From an uncultured Candidatus Peribacteria bacterium (lineage in GTDB: Bacteria > Patescibacteriota > Gracilibacteria > Peribacterales > Peribacteraceae), in NCBI GenBank assembly GCA_964449445.1, contig CAYUZT010000003.1, positions 110,371 through 174,370 on the forward strand: DNA of 64,000 bases, given 5' to 3'. Made by a program: the position numbers and the translations under genes. Below the pieces are notes generated by a model. That model did no database searches, was not told the origin of the DNA, and saw nothing but the letters and a program-made list of their open reading frames with translations. Shown piece by piece: positions 54,366 through 64,000 of the stretch. Positions within the stretch are counted from its first letter, which is position 1, and every line of letters begins with the position of its first letter.

Positions 54366-54956
54366 TTGCTCAAAAATTCCTGGATCATTTTCGGCCTTCT
54401 CGCGGGGCTCATTTGGCTCCCCGCAGGAGTGGATGCAGAGAACCTCGCTCCGGTCGCATGGGAACCCGAACCCGGCGATGCGTTCGTCGTCGATGTGCCT
54501 GCGAACATGGGGTATCTGGTGCACCGAAACGGGCAGTCATTCTCCTTTCCTGTCGCAACTGGCAAGAAGGCATACGTACGCTACATCGGGAGGGGTTACC
54601 GCGCGGAGACGCCGATCCGCTCCTGGACAGCAGAGCAGAAGCAGGTGAAGGGTGACCGCCGGACCTTCGGCGTCAGCGGACGGTTCATCCGGCTCTTCCG
54701 CGGCGGTGAAAATTCCCCGTACGGGATTCATGCGTACTACAAAGAAAAGGATTGGCTGGAGGCCAAGGAACGCTACTTCTCCATGGGATGCATCATCGTG
54801 ACGGAAACGATGATGGATATCATCGAGAAGACGTACGATCTCAGTAAGAACTCCCTTGCGGTCATCACTACGGACAACCTTGAAGTGACTCTCCAGAAAA
54901 TTACTCACAACATAGCAGTTCAGAATGAGGAAAACGCGTTGGCAGTCGTTCCCTGA
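54366..54956 (+). CDS. possible L,D-transpeptidase (YkuD-like) domain protein
   Basis: Signal peptide. YGIHAY...FSMGCIIV resembles the H...S.GC(I/V) catalytic motif. TTG start. Confidence 0.45.
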   Translation: MLKNSWIIFGLLAGLIWLPAGVDAENLAPVAWEPEPGDAFVVDVPANMGYLVHRNGQSFSFPVATGKKAYVRYIGRGYRAETPIRSWTAEQKQVKGDRRTFGVSGRFIRLFRGGENSPYGIHAYYKEKDWLEAKERYFSMGCIIVTETMMDIIEKTYDLSKNSLAVITTDNLEVTLQKITHNIAVQNEENALAVVP

Positions 54957-54979
54957 TCCTCGTATACTGCGTTCACCGC

Positions 54980-55832
<853 letters not shown>

Positions 55833-55877
55833 ACGGAGAGCATGACACAATCGCAAACTGCCTGCCAGAAAATGCTC

Positions 55878-56741
55878 TCAACGCTCCACATCACCAACGT
55901 CGTCTTCCGCAGTATTTCTGCCGTCATCGTCGTTTTTCTCCCTATTTTCCTTCCGTAATTTTTGCATTTCCCGCAATTTCTTCCGCAGACTCTTGGCAGT
56001 CTCTTCGGGCGCATTATCCATCATAATTGCGGCAGATGGAACTGCGACTTCCACAGCCGCATCGGCGGAAATACTGAGTGCAGCGCTGCCGGTGACAGGC
56101 ATCTGCTTTGCGTTCATCAGGCGAGCGTCGGCCGTACCTTCCTGCTTCTGCTGGAGCTTTTGTTCCTGGCGATTGTGCTTCTTGAGCGTGCGTTCGTACC
56201 GGTCTTCATACTTCTCCAGACGCGTGAGAATACGATCCGCCTGCTCCTGCCGCTTCTCATCAAATGTCAGGACCTTCGCGTTCTCAATCGCTTCTTTATG
56301 CGTCTTGGCAAAATCCTGATCAAGAGATGCTGCCGTCTTCGCTGTGAGTTCGCCCTTCGCCTCCAGCGTCTCTGCTTCCGCAAGACGCGCATCGAGGTGA
56401 TCCATCTCCACGTCCGCTTTCGATGCCGTGTCCCATTGCACCGTCGATCGCACCTGTTCGCGGATCCTCTTGAGCGGATACAGGTAATCGCCCGGCATCG
56501 CCTGTCCGGCGAACGTCATTCCCGCACCGGTGAAAACCAGCACCAGGACGGTGGCGGCCGCGGGCGTCCAGCTGAAAAAGAGAGTGCTCAGAGTTCGCCA
56601 GAGAAAGCTCCCACTGTACGACGACATCGGCGCGATCATCTGCCGGCGCTTCAGGAGATCGCGGTAGGCCTGCTCTTTTTCGGTCACGGAGAGGCGGTGC
56701 CGTGCAGCGGGGCCGAAGAAGTGGTCGAGATCATGATTCAT
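55878..56741 (-). CDS. membrane protein downstream of the ECF sigma factor, putative anti-sigma (DUF5667-like)
   Basis: One TM helix, then a helical region (PGDYLYPLKRIREQV..). Same strand, 52 nt after the sigma gene. Confidence 0.45.
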   Translation of the reverse strand: MNHDLDHFFGPAARHRLSVTEKEQAYRDLLKRRQMIAPMSSYSGSFLWRTLSTLFFSWTPAAATVLVLVFTGAGMTFAGQAMPGDYLYPLKRIREQVRSTVQWDTASKADVEMDHLDARLAEAETLEAKGELTAKTAASLDQDFAKTHKEAIENAKVLTFDEKRQEQADRILTRLEKYEDRYERTLKKHNRQEQKLQQKQEGTADARLMNAKQMPVTGSAALSISADAAVEVAVPSAAIMMDNAPEETAKSLRKKLREMQKLRKENREKNDDDGRNTAEDDVGDVER

Positions 56742-56793
56742 GGAGACAAAGAGGAGACGGGGGGAAGGAAGAACTGTTACACAGATAGGAAGG

Positions 56794-57282
56794 TTACAGG
56801 AGCGCACGCAATTCCTTGATCGCCCGGTGCAAACGGACGGAAACGGTATTGGGCGACTCCCCGAGGACTTCCGCCATGTCGGAGGGAGTCAGACCGTCGA
56901 TGTACCGCATGACGATCAGCTCCCTGTCCGTGGCAGAAAGACGATGGAGCTTTTCGAGGATATCGCGGAACTGAATGCGGTCCTGCATCTGCTCGGTTTT
57001 GTCCTCGCCCGGATCCCACCCCGCTTCCTGCAGTTGATCCAGCGACATCTCCTTTTTGCGACGGACATCATCGATGATCAGATTGTTAGCAATGCGATAG
57101 AGGAAGGCGCGCATGTTGAGAACGTCGGTTCCCTTTTCGAGCTCCACCCACAGACGGAGGAACGCCTCCTGCATCAGTTCCCTCCCCCGCTCGCGGTTGA
57201 GGAGCCGAAACGCGCAATGGCGGAAAATCGCATCGGCAAAGTCGGTATACGCCTTGTCGAAAATATCAGAGCTCGAAGACAT
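56794..57282 (-). CDS. ECF-type RNA polymerase sigma factor
   Basis: FRHCAFRLLNRERGRELMQEAFLRLW, AFLYRIANNLIIDDVRRKK, RELIVMRYIDGLTPSDMAEVLGESPNTVSVRLHRAIKELR. Confidence 0.85.
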   Translation of the reverse strand: MSSSSDIFDKAYTDFADAIFRHCAFRLLNRERGRELMQEAFLRLWVELEKGTDVLNMRAFLYRIANNLIIDDVRRKKEMSLDQLQEAGWDPGEDKTEQMQDRIQFRDILEKLHRLSATDRELIVMRYIDGLTPSDMAEVLGESPNTVSVRLHRAIKELRALL

Positions 57283-57306
57283 GCCGGGGAATGGTACAGT
57301 ATCCCT

Positions 57307-58179
57307 ATGTCTTCAACCGTCATCGGCTTCGATCTGGGGGGGACGAAGAGCGCCGTTGCGCTGTATGACGCTGAAACGTGGAAGGAGCTGGGCCACGAGA
57401 AGCTGCCCACACAGGCGCAGCGTGGACTACCGGCAGTGATGGAGGAAGCCGTCACGATGATGGAGAAGTTCCGCCGTCCGGATACAGTCGCGGTCGGGCT
57501 CGGCATGCCCGGGCTCATCCGGATGCGGGATGGGAGCGTCGAGAAGACACCCAACATTCCTAAAGGGGAGAATTTTCCCGCGAAGGCTTTTTTGGAGCAG
57601 TACCTGAAGCTTCCCGTTGCAGTGGATAACGATGCGCGCTGCTTCGCCCTCGCGGAAGCTCGTCTGGGCGCGGGCAAGGGGCATAGCGTTGTCATCGGCA
57701 TCACGATGGGAACGGGCGTGGGCGGTGGCATTGTGATCGATGGAAATCTGGTGCACGGGTCGCACGGGTTTGCAGGGGAAATCGGCCACATGCTCCTGCA
57801 GCCGGCAAATCCGCCGTTCAAGACCTCTGACATCCGCGGCGACATTGAACAGTTCCTCTCGGGAACCGCGATGGGAAAGCGGTGCGAGGCGGCAAAGCGT
57901 CCGGAAGAGTACCTGGAAGGCGAGGTCTGCAGCTTCCTGCGGCCGGAGGTCTTCCGCGAAGTCGCCTGGATGGTCGCAAGCCTCACATCACTGCTCGATC
58001 CCTCGATCATCGTCTTCGGCGGCAGTACCGGCAGGGCATTGAAACCCCATCTGAAGAAGATCGGCGATGAACTCACGCAGTGGATGCTGCCGGGAATCCC
58101 CTCTCCTCTCCTCGCGATTGCGCAGCGCGACGATGCAGGAACGCTGGGTGCGGCGCTCCTCACACAATCACTCTCGTGA
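57307..58179 (+). CDS. ROK family sugar kinase (glucokinase-like)
   Basis: IGFDLGGTK, NDARCFALAE, GTGVGGGIV, GFAGEIGH. TACAGT lies 6 nt upstream of the ATG. Confidence 0.8.
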   Translation: MSSTVIGFDLGGTKSAVALYDAETWKELGHEKLPTQAQRGLPAVMEEAVTMMEKFRRPDTVAVGLGMPGLIRMRDGSVEKTPNIPKGENFPAKAFLEQYLKLPVAVDNDARCFALAEARLGAGKGHSVVIGITMGTGVGGGIVIDGNLVHGSHGFAGEIGHMLLQPANPPFKTSDIRGDIEQFLSGTAMGKRCEAAKRPEEYLEGEVCSFLRPEVFREVAWMVASLTSLLDPSIIVFGGSTGRALKPHLKKIGDELTQWMLPGIPSPLLAIAQRDDAGTLGAALLTQSLS

Positions 58180-58693
58180 TGTACTGATTGCTCGGGAACG
58201 TCATACTCAAATACTCCAGTGCGGTATCGGCGTACTCCGCGTCGCTATGAAGCGACTGCTCCTGCCACAGGCGCGTGCATTCAGAAACATCCATTGCACC
58301 CTGGTACCCGTTATCCGCATTCTGGACCTGACCGTTTTTGAGGAGCTTGAAGGTCCAGTGGAGATGCGGCCCGGAGGAATTGCCGGTCTTCCCCGAGAGA
58401 CCGATGGGATCCCCCTGTGCAATCGTCTGACCGCTGCTTACTCTGACCTGTGAGAGATGCGCAAGCAGACTCCTGCGCTTGCCGTCATCGATCGTCACGC
58501 TGAGCCCGTACCCTGCCGTTCCCTCGTCCTTCACCGTGATCGTCCCATCGTGCGGAGCGTAGACGACGGTTCCTTCTGGCACCCCGAAGTCGATCCCGTT
58601 ATGACCCGCCATCCCGAATGCTGCATAGTCGGCAGGGTTCTGGCCGAAGGCTTGAGTGATGAGCGGTGTGCCTGGGAGGGGTGAGAAAATCAT
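58160..58693 (-). CDS. M23 family metallopeptidase
   Basis: GHNGIDFG, GDPIGLSGKTGNSSGPHLHW. Confidence 0.85.
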   Translation of the reverse strand: MIFSPLPGTPLITQAFGQNPADYAAFGMAGHNGIDFGVPEGTVVYAPHDGTITVKDEGTAGYGLSVTIDDGKRRSLLAHLSQVRVSSGQTIAQGDPIGLSGKTGNSSGPHLHWTFKLLKNGQVQNADNGYQGAMDVSECTRLWQEQSLHSDAEYADTALEYLSMTFPSNQYITRVIV

Positions 58694-58782
58694 GCCTTAA
58701 GCCTAGCTATTGCTGGCCTCAAGGATTATTGTGAAAAACGATAAAATGAGCTATAATATTTATGAACATTCCACATACACAC

Positions 58783-59748
58783 ATGATGAAATTCACCATA
58801 CCAATCGCTGTCCTGAGCGTTGTGTTCGCCGTGGTTTTCAGTGTCACAAGCAACCCATCTCTCGCGCAGTTTGGAGGAGGAAACGCCGAGTGTGGCAATG
58901 GAGAATGTGAACGAGACTGGGGCGAGAACTTGAACACCTGTTTCGAGGACTGCTTCGAATGTGACGGAGATAATGTGTGCGAAGCATATCTAGCCGAGAC
59001 GATTTATAACTGTCCGGAAGACTGTTCAAATGTCGCGTGTAACAACAATGGAATATGTGAAGGGTGGAATGGCGAGGCATATCCAGACTGTCCTGACTGC
59101 CCGCCACCGCCTCCCTTTCAAGGGTGCGACGATGATGGTTTTTGTGACTGGGACGCGGGCGAGAGCGTGGACAACTGCGAAAACGACTGCGGAAATCAGA
59201 CGATATGCAATGAGGATGGAGTTTGCGACGGAAACGAAGACGAAAACTGCACTGACTGTCTCACAGAAGAAGAAGGGTGCGGCGATGGCTACTGTGCATT
59301 CGACGAAAATTTTGTGACATGCTTCGAGGACTGCGAAGGCACAAGCGTGTGCGGTGATGGCGACTGTGAAGCCTCCCATGAAGACGAAAACACATGCTTC
59401 GCGGATTGCGGTACGTACTGTGGTGACGGATGGTGCCAGCCAGGGGTGGAAGATGAGCAAACATGCGAGTCAGACTGCGCAGGCGGTGAACGCAGCAATA
59501 GACAAGGAGACGGAAACGGGGAAGATACGTTCAATCCCTGTGCTGCAGACGATGTGATCGACAACGATGTACCCGCGTTGGATCTGGAGAACGCAGGAAA
59601 AAACATTCTTGAGCCGGCCATGGATCCCCCCAAAGAAAACGCCGTACCAGCACTTTCACTGAAGAGCGGACTACAGCCCTCACATCCGGCCGCTCCGCAA
59701 GGAGAGCGATCGATCATGTGCCGCCTCTTGCCGTGGTTGGGCTGCTGA
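58783..59748 (+). CDS. secreted acidic Cys-rich repeat protein
   Basis: Signal peptide MMKFTIPIAVLSVVFAVVFSVTSNPSLAQ. About eight modules of the form CG[DN]G.C......E...C..DC. Confidence 0.6.
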   Translation: MMKFTIPIAVLSVVFAVVFSVTSNPSLAQFGGGNAECGNGECERDWGENLNTCFEDCFECDGDNVCEAYLAETIYNCPEDCSNVACNNNGICEGWNGEAYPDCPDCPPPPPFQGCDDDGFCDWDAGESVDNCENDCGNQTICNEDGVCDGNEDENCTDCLTEEEGCGDGYCAFDENFVTCFEDCEGTSVCGDGDCEASHEDENTCFADCGTYCGDGWCQPGVEDEQTCESDCAGGERSNRQGDGNGEDTFNPCAADDVIDNDVPALDLENAGKNILEPAMDPPKENAVPALSLKSGLQPSHPAAPQGERSIMCRLLPWLGC

Positions 59749-59790
59749 ATTGTTCCCGTCTACTGGAAACCTCCGCTCATGCGCGGGTTT

Positions 59791-61212
59791 TTATTTGCTT
59801 GCCCACTCGGTATGAAAATTCCCGGACTTGTCCGTCCTCTGATACCCATGTGCACCAAAGAAGTCCCTCTGCGCCTGGATCAAATTCTGCGGAAGCTTCT
59901 CGCGACGCAGTGCATCATAGAACCAGAGGGATGCCGACATTGCGGGGAGAGGAATTCCCCGTGAGACGCCGGTGAGAATTGCCTGACGCCACTGCTGCTG
60001 ACGGACGCCGCTCAGTCGCTCGGCGATTTCCTTCTTCGGCTTCGCGGAATTCTTGCCGTACGCGCGCTGGAGCTTTTCCAAAAAGCGCGACCGGATGATG
60101 CACCCGCCTCGCCAGATGCGGGCGATTTCTCCCAGGTCCAAGTTCCACTTCCTCTCGCTGCTCATCTTGGCCATCAATTCAAAGCCCTGCGCGTACGTGC
60201 ATATGATGGAAAGCTCGAGCGCGGAGCGAACGGCCGTCGCACATTCTTTGGGAGACATCGCGGGGAGCTTGAGGAGCGCTTCCGGGAGTTCATGACGGAG
60301 ACGCGCACGGCGTTCCATTTCGCCGGAGAGGATCCGCGCATCGACGGCGGCGTTGATGGTGGGTATGGCGATACCCAGATCCATCGCAGTCTGCGTCGTC
60401 CACTGGCCGGTCCCCTTTTGGCCCGCAGCATCGGCAATGAGATCGATCAGATCTTTGCCGCTCTCCTTCTTTGCAAAAATCTTTGCGGTGATCTCGATCA
60501 GAAAAGACCCCAGATCCTCGCTCTTGCTCCAGTCCGTGAAGAGCTTCCCGAGATCGACATTCTTGAATTTTCCGATTGTCTTGAGTAGATCGTAACTCTC
60601 AGCAATCAGCTGCATGATGCCGTACTCAATGCCGTTATGGACCATTTTGACGAAGTGCCCGGCTCCTCCGGGACCGATGTAGGTGACGCACTTGCCTTTC
60701 GTAGAACCTGTGGTGAGCGTAGTCGAACCATCACTGGCTGACATTTCCATGAGCAAAGGCATGAGCTTTTTGAGTGCGCCCTCGTCTCCTCCGGGCATCA
60801 TGCTCGGACCGAGAAGAGCACCCTCCTCGCCACCACTCACGCCCATACCGACGAAGTGGATCGCCATTTTTTTCAGCCGCGCCTCGCGCCGCTCCGTATC
60901 CCGGTAGTGGCTGTTTCCCGCATCAATGAGAATGTCGCCCTTGGAAAGCATTGGGAGAAGCTCTTCCATGACCGCATCGACCGCATCCCCTGCCTTCACC
61001 ATCAACAAAATGGCGCGGGGAGAGGTCATTTGCGAAACGAACTCCCGCAGACTCTCCGTCGCGACAAAATCGCCCTCAGCGGAGAAATGCTGCAGGAACT
61101 CATGCGTCTTTTCTGTTGTTCGATTGAACAACACAACGCTCGCTCCATTGCGCGCTGCATTGCGGGCGAGGTTGGCGCCCATCGTGCCGAGACCGATAAC
61201 TCCTAGTTGCAT
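59791..61212 (-). CDS. gnd: 6-phosphogluconate dehydrogenase (decarboxylating)
   Basis: GVIGLGTMGANLARN, GVSGGEEGA, IIRS.FL. TATACT lies 6 nt upstream of the ATG. Confidence 0.9.
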   Translation of the reverse strand: MQLGVIGLGTMGANLARNAARNGASVVLFNRTTEKTHEFLQHFSAEGDFVATESLREFVSQMTSPRAILLMVKAGDAVDAVMEELLPMLSKGDILIDAGNSHYRDTERREARLKKMAIHFVGMGVSGGEEGALLGPSMMPGGDEGALKKLMPLLMEMSASDGSTTLTTGSTKGKCVTYIGPGGAGHFVKMVHNGIEYGIMQLIAESYDLLKTIGKFKNVDLGKLFTDWSKSEDLGSFLIEITAKIFAKKESGKDLIDLIADAAGQKGTGQWTTQTAMDLGIAIPTINAAVDARILSGEMERRARLRHELPEALLKLPAMSPKECATAVRSALELSIICTYAQGFELMAKMSSERKWNLDLGEIARIWRGGCIIRSRFLEKLQRAYGKNSAKPKKEIAERLSGVRQQQWRQAILTGVSRGIPLPAMSASLWFYDALRREKLPQNLIQAQRDFFGAHGYQRTDKSGNFHTEWASK

Positions 61213-61311
61213 GATAGAAGTATAGACGAGGCCCAGACGTTGTCATCCCGAGCGGAGACGAGGGATCGACAACGCCGCTGTATGGTTCGACTCCGCTCAC
61301 CATGACAGCGG

Positions 61312-61953
61312 CTACTTCTTCACCTTCTCCCAATCTTCCAAAAACTTCTCCAATCCGGAATCGGTGAGCGGGTGCTTTGCGAGTTTCACAAACACGTCGT
61401 ACGGAATCGTGCAGATGTGTGCTCCAAGCCGCGCAGCGTCCACGATGTGCCGTGGATGCCGTGTGGACGCCACAAGGACCTCGCAATCGAAATCGTACTG
61501 ACACCAGACTTCCATGATCTCGGCGATCAGCCCCATGCCGTCTTCCGCTGCATCATCGAGACGTCCGATGAACGGACTGATGATGTTCGCACCTGCCTTT
61601 GCAGCAAGGATCGCCTGCGAAACGGAGAACACGAGTGTGGTATTCGTCTTGATGCCTTTGGAACGGAAGTGTTTGAGCGCCTTGAGACCCTCCGTCGTCA
61701 TCGGCACTTTCACAACAACATGCTTGTGCCAGCTTGCGTACTCCTCTCCCTGTTTGATCATGCCCTTGGCATCTGTTGCAGTGACTTGCGCACTGACGCA
61801 CGGCACGTGCTTGCACATTTCGAGTACGGTCTTTTTGAAGTCTTTGCCCTCTTTAGCGACTAACGACGGATTCGTTGTAACGCCATCGAGCACTCCCCAC
61901 TCGGCAATTTCTGCAACCTGCGAGACATTCGCTGTATCTAAAAATAATTTCAT
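61312..61953 (-). CDS. tal: transaldolase (short, fructose-6-phosphate aldolase-type)
   Basis: MKLFLDTANV..I.E....G.LDGVTTNPSL, VKVP.T, ISPFIGR. Confidence 0.9.
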   Translation of the reverse strand: MKLFLDTANVSQVAEIAEWGVLDGVTTNPSLVAKEGKDFKKTVLEMCKHVPCVSAQVTATDAKGMIKQGEEYASWHKHVVVKVPMTTEGLKALKHFRSKGIKTNTTLVFSVSQAILAAKAGANIISPFIGRLDDAAEDGMGLIAEIMEVWCQYDFDCEVLVASTRHPRHIVDAARLGAHICTIPYDVFVKLAKHPLTDSGLEKFLEDWEKVKK

Positions 61954-62142
61954 ACAATAAATGGGGAAGGCAGCCTGCCCTGAGCGAACCCGAGCGGAGC
62001 GAGGGTGAGTCGAAGGGTGTCTAAGAAGAGCTTCATAGTGAAGACATTCTCGTCCTTTGCGTGAAAAGACGCAAGGAAGGGGGGCTGACACTTTCATCTA
62101 CTTCAAACGTCTATACTCTCACCTACCCCCCCCCCGACTCTC

Positions 62143-62928
62143 ATGCCTTCGCAAAAATTCCTGACCTTGGCAATCCTGACCTCGCTTCTCCTCACCGCGT
62201 GTATTCCAACATATCCAGACGCTGATCAGAACGGTCAGTCGTCGTCAATTTCTCCGAACTCTTCTTCTCCCTCGACCTCTTCGACTTCCCGTTCCTCAGT
62301 CCGTTCCTCGGTCCCCTCTTCCTCGCGCACTTCTCTCGCACCAAACTCTCTCGAGGCCGTTGCCCCACTCGCCGTCCCCTTCACCTCCCAAGCCCCTTTC
62401 GCCAACTGGGATGACCCGTATCAGGAAGCATGTGAGGAAGCCGCAATCCTCATGGCCGTGCACTTCCTGAACGGTACCAGCCTGACACCCGCGATTGCCG
62501 ATAAGGAAATTTTGGATCTCGTCGCCTGGGAAACGGCCAATGGATACAGCCAGGATGTGACCGCGCAGCAGATGGCCGAGATCGCCGAAAAGAAATTCGG
62601 GGTCAACGCGAGAGTCCGGACAGACGTGACGGTGCAAACCATCCAGGAGGAACTTGCAGCGGGCAATCCCGTGATCATCCCCGCTGCGGGGAGAGATTTA
62701 GGCAATCCCTACTTCAGCGGCGAAGGTCCCTGGTATCACGCCCTCGTCATCATCGGATTCAAGCCGGGCTGGACCGGCGATTACTTCGTGACCAACGACC
62801 CGGGCACCAAGCGCGGTCAGCAGTACACGTACCGCGCGGAAACGCTCCTCAATGCCATTCACGACTGGACGGGGGTGAAGGAGGATATTCGTGCAGGGAA
62901 ACGGGCGATGGTGATCTTAGAACGGTAA
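62143..62928 (+). CDS. lipoprotein with C39-like peptidase domain
   Basis: Lipobox LLLTAC, Ser-rich linker, then VPFTSQAPFANWDDPYQEACEEAAILMAVHFL. Confidence 0.6.
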   Translation: MPSQKFLTLAILTSLLLTACIPTYPDADQNGQSSSISPNSSSPSTSSTSRSSVRSSVPSSSRTSLAPNSLEAVAPLAVPFTSQAPFANWDDPYQEACEEAAILMAVHFLNGTSLTPAIADKEILDLVAWETANGYSQDVTAQQMAEIAEKKFGVNARVRTDVTVQTIQEELAAGNPVIIPAAGRDLGNPYFSGEGPWYHALVIIGFKPGWTGDYFVTNDPGTKRGQQYTYRAETLLNAIHDWTGVKEDIRAGKRAMVILER

Positions 62929-63003
62929 TGTTCCACAAGGGTATGGAACCGAATTTTTGTTTTGTGGAAGCGATGAATCGAACAACACAAAAACAAAATC
63001 TTA

Positions 63004-63633
63004 GAGACGCAAAATTTTGCGTCTCCGTAGGCCGGATAATGCGATTATGACATTATTTCGCAATCGGTACCGGATCGAATCCACACGTAAACGTGGTTTC
63101 AATTACGCATCGGATGGCATGTATTTTGTGACGATGTGTACGCAAGGCCGTGCCCCAATTTTTGGACATATTCGAAACCATATGATGTGCGTCGAGGAAA
63201 TGGGTCGTATCGCATGGCAATGTTGGGAATCGATTCCCGAACATTTTCCATTTGCCCACCCGGATGCGTTTGTGGTGATGCCCGATCACGTGCATGGCAT
63301 TGTGCGATTTGATCATCACGCGATCGTAGAGACGCAAAATTTTGCGTCTCAATTACAGACGCAATATTTTGCGTCTCTACAAAATCGTTTCGGACCCCAA
63401 TCACAAAATTTGGCATCGGTCATACGGGGATTCAAAACCGGCGTCAAAACGTACGCCACAAAAACCGGTATCGATTTTGCATGGCAACCGCGTTATCACG
63501 ACCGCATTATTCGCGATGCGGATGCCTACGAACGTATCCGCCGTTACATCGTGAACAATCCACGTCTCGGGTAAAGACGCAACATGTTGCTCTGCGCCTC
63601 TACGTCTCTGTAAAGACGCAAAATGTTGCGTCT
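63004..63633. mobile_element. RAYT-like gene with five copies of a 20-22 nt REP-like palindrome (upstream, two in-frame internal, two downstream)
   Basis: GAGACGCAAAATTTTGCGTCTC at 63004-63025. GTAGAGACGCAAAATTTTGCGTCTC at 63326-63350. AGACGCAATATTTTGCGTCTCTAC at 63357-63380. A degenerate copy at 63575-63593. AGACGCAAAATGTTGCGTCT at 63614-63633. Confidence 0.7.
63047..63574 (+). CDS. REP-associated tyrosine transposase-like protein (IS200/Y1 superfamily)
   Basis: YFVTMCT, HUH motif MPDHVHGIV, NRFGPQSQNLASVIRGFK, WQPRYHDRIIR. Confidence 0.75.
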   Translation: MTLFRNRYRIESTRKRGFNYASDGMYFVTMCTQGRAPIFGHIRNHMMCVEEMGRIAWQCWESIPEHFPFAHPDAFVVMPDHVHGIVRFDHHAIVETQNFASQLQTQYFASLQNRFGPQSQNLASVIRGFKTGVKTYATKTGIDFAWQPRYHDRIIRDADAYERIRRYIVNNPRLG

Positions 63634-63709
63634 CTGCGTCTGATACAATGACCGTGTGAATCGACCCGATGCAAAGACATTGATAGGCAAAAACCCCGCA
63701 GAGGTCCCC

Positions 63710-64000
63710 ATGTCCCTGCAGCGCGTCGCAGCGTCGTCGGTGATGGGTGATCGTCACTGGATCGGGCCGAAGGATGCGAAGAAACTGAGCACGGAGGAGA
63801 TGGAGGCGTACACGCTCGCACATCAGATTCTGTGCCACCTCTGCATCCAGGCTCCGACCAAACACAAATCGGGGCATCCCGGTGGTCCCCTCTCTGCATT
63901 CACCTTCACCTATTTCGTCGAGAAGAAGCGCAATCCCGAGATAGACCCCCCCTTCCGCATGAGTGCGGGGCATTTGAGCCTGCTTGCCTACGGCATGCAA
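63710..64000 (+). CDS. tkt: transketolase, N-terminal part (continues beyond the window)
   Basis: Open-ended frame, absent from the ORF track. My translation is MSLQRVAASSVMGDRHWIGPKDAKKLSTEEMEAYTLAHQILCHLCIQAPTKHKSGHPGGPLSAFTFTYF...RMSAGHLSLLAYGMQ, containing the GHPGG and SAGH signatures. An alternative in-frame GTG lies at 63656. Confidence 0.75.
   Translation, partial: MSLQRVAASSVMGDRHWIGPKDAKKLSTEEMEAYTLAHQILCHLCIQAPTKHKSGHPGGPLSAFTFTYFVEKKRNPEIDPPFRMSAGHLSLLAYGMQ

Noticed and set aside
63401-64000. 199-aa minus-strand ORF at the window end
   Set aside because: It overlaps the RAYT 3' end, the REP palindromes and the plus-strand open frame carrying the transketolase GHPGG/SAGH motifs.

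Overview
The window looks like a bacterial chromosomal segment, moderately GC-rich by eye and using the standard code (TGA terminates conserved genes; ATGA start/stop overlaps occur). The lineage is probably uncultivated, but taxonomy cannot be fixed from this window. About 75 protein genes and 5 tRNAs, all with encoded CCA, are supportable. Most are housekeeping: an otsB-GH15-otsA trehalose operon, pth, lepB, secE-nusG, murJ, murC, purL, a purQ-purS fusion, lepA, pdxS/pdxT, rarA, priA, pyrH-frr, pyk, rsmH, and gnd-tal-tkt. Accessory content includes a PAS histidine kinase with two stand-alone receivers, two ECF sigma factors, a metal-related trio, an IS1595-like gene and a RAYT-like gene with REP palindromes. 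The accessory locus I consider most interesting is 14.3-20.4 kb. It encodes four secreted proteins built from Cys-bounded Asp-rich repeats and DUF11-like domains. Three of them share an unusual C-terminal tail (LPVTG, then a conserved acidic linker, then a TM helix and KK), and no sortase is visible in the window. Second, many gene boundaries carry hairpin elements built from degenerate 9-10 nt units, in at least five sequence families. One pair of arms brackets a four-helix-bundle (23S-IVS protein family) gene wedged exactly between pyrH and frr, and related low-complexity tracts lie in frame inside purL, lepA, priA and purQ. Third, initiation signals are atypical. Many genes have a TAnnnT box 6-9 nt before the start codon, which suggests leaderless mRNAs. 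The rest have pyrimidine-rich CCTCC/CCTTCC leaders instead of Shine-Dalgarno sites. Long antisense ORFs in the ORF track are treated as compositional artefacts. All calls come from reading the sequence and translations by eye; no searches were run.
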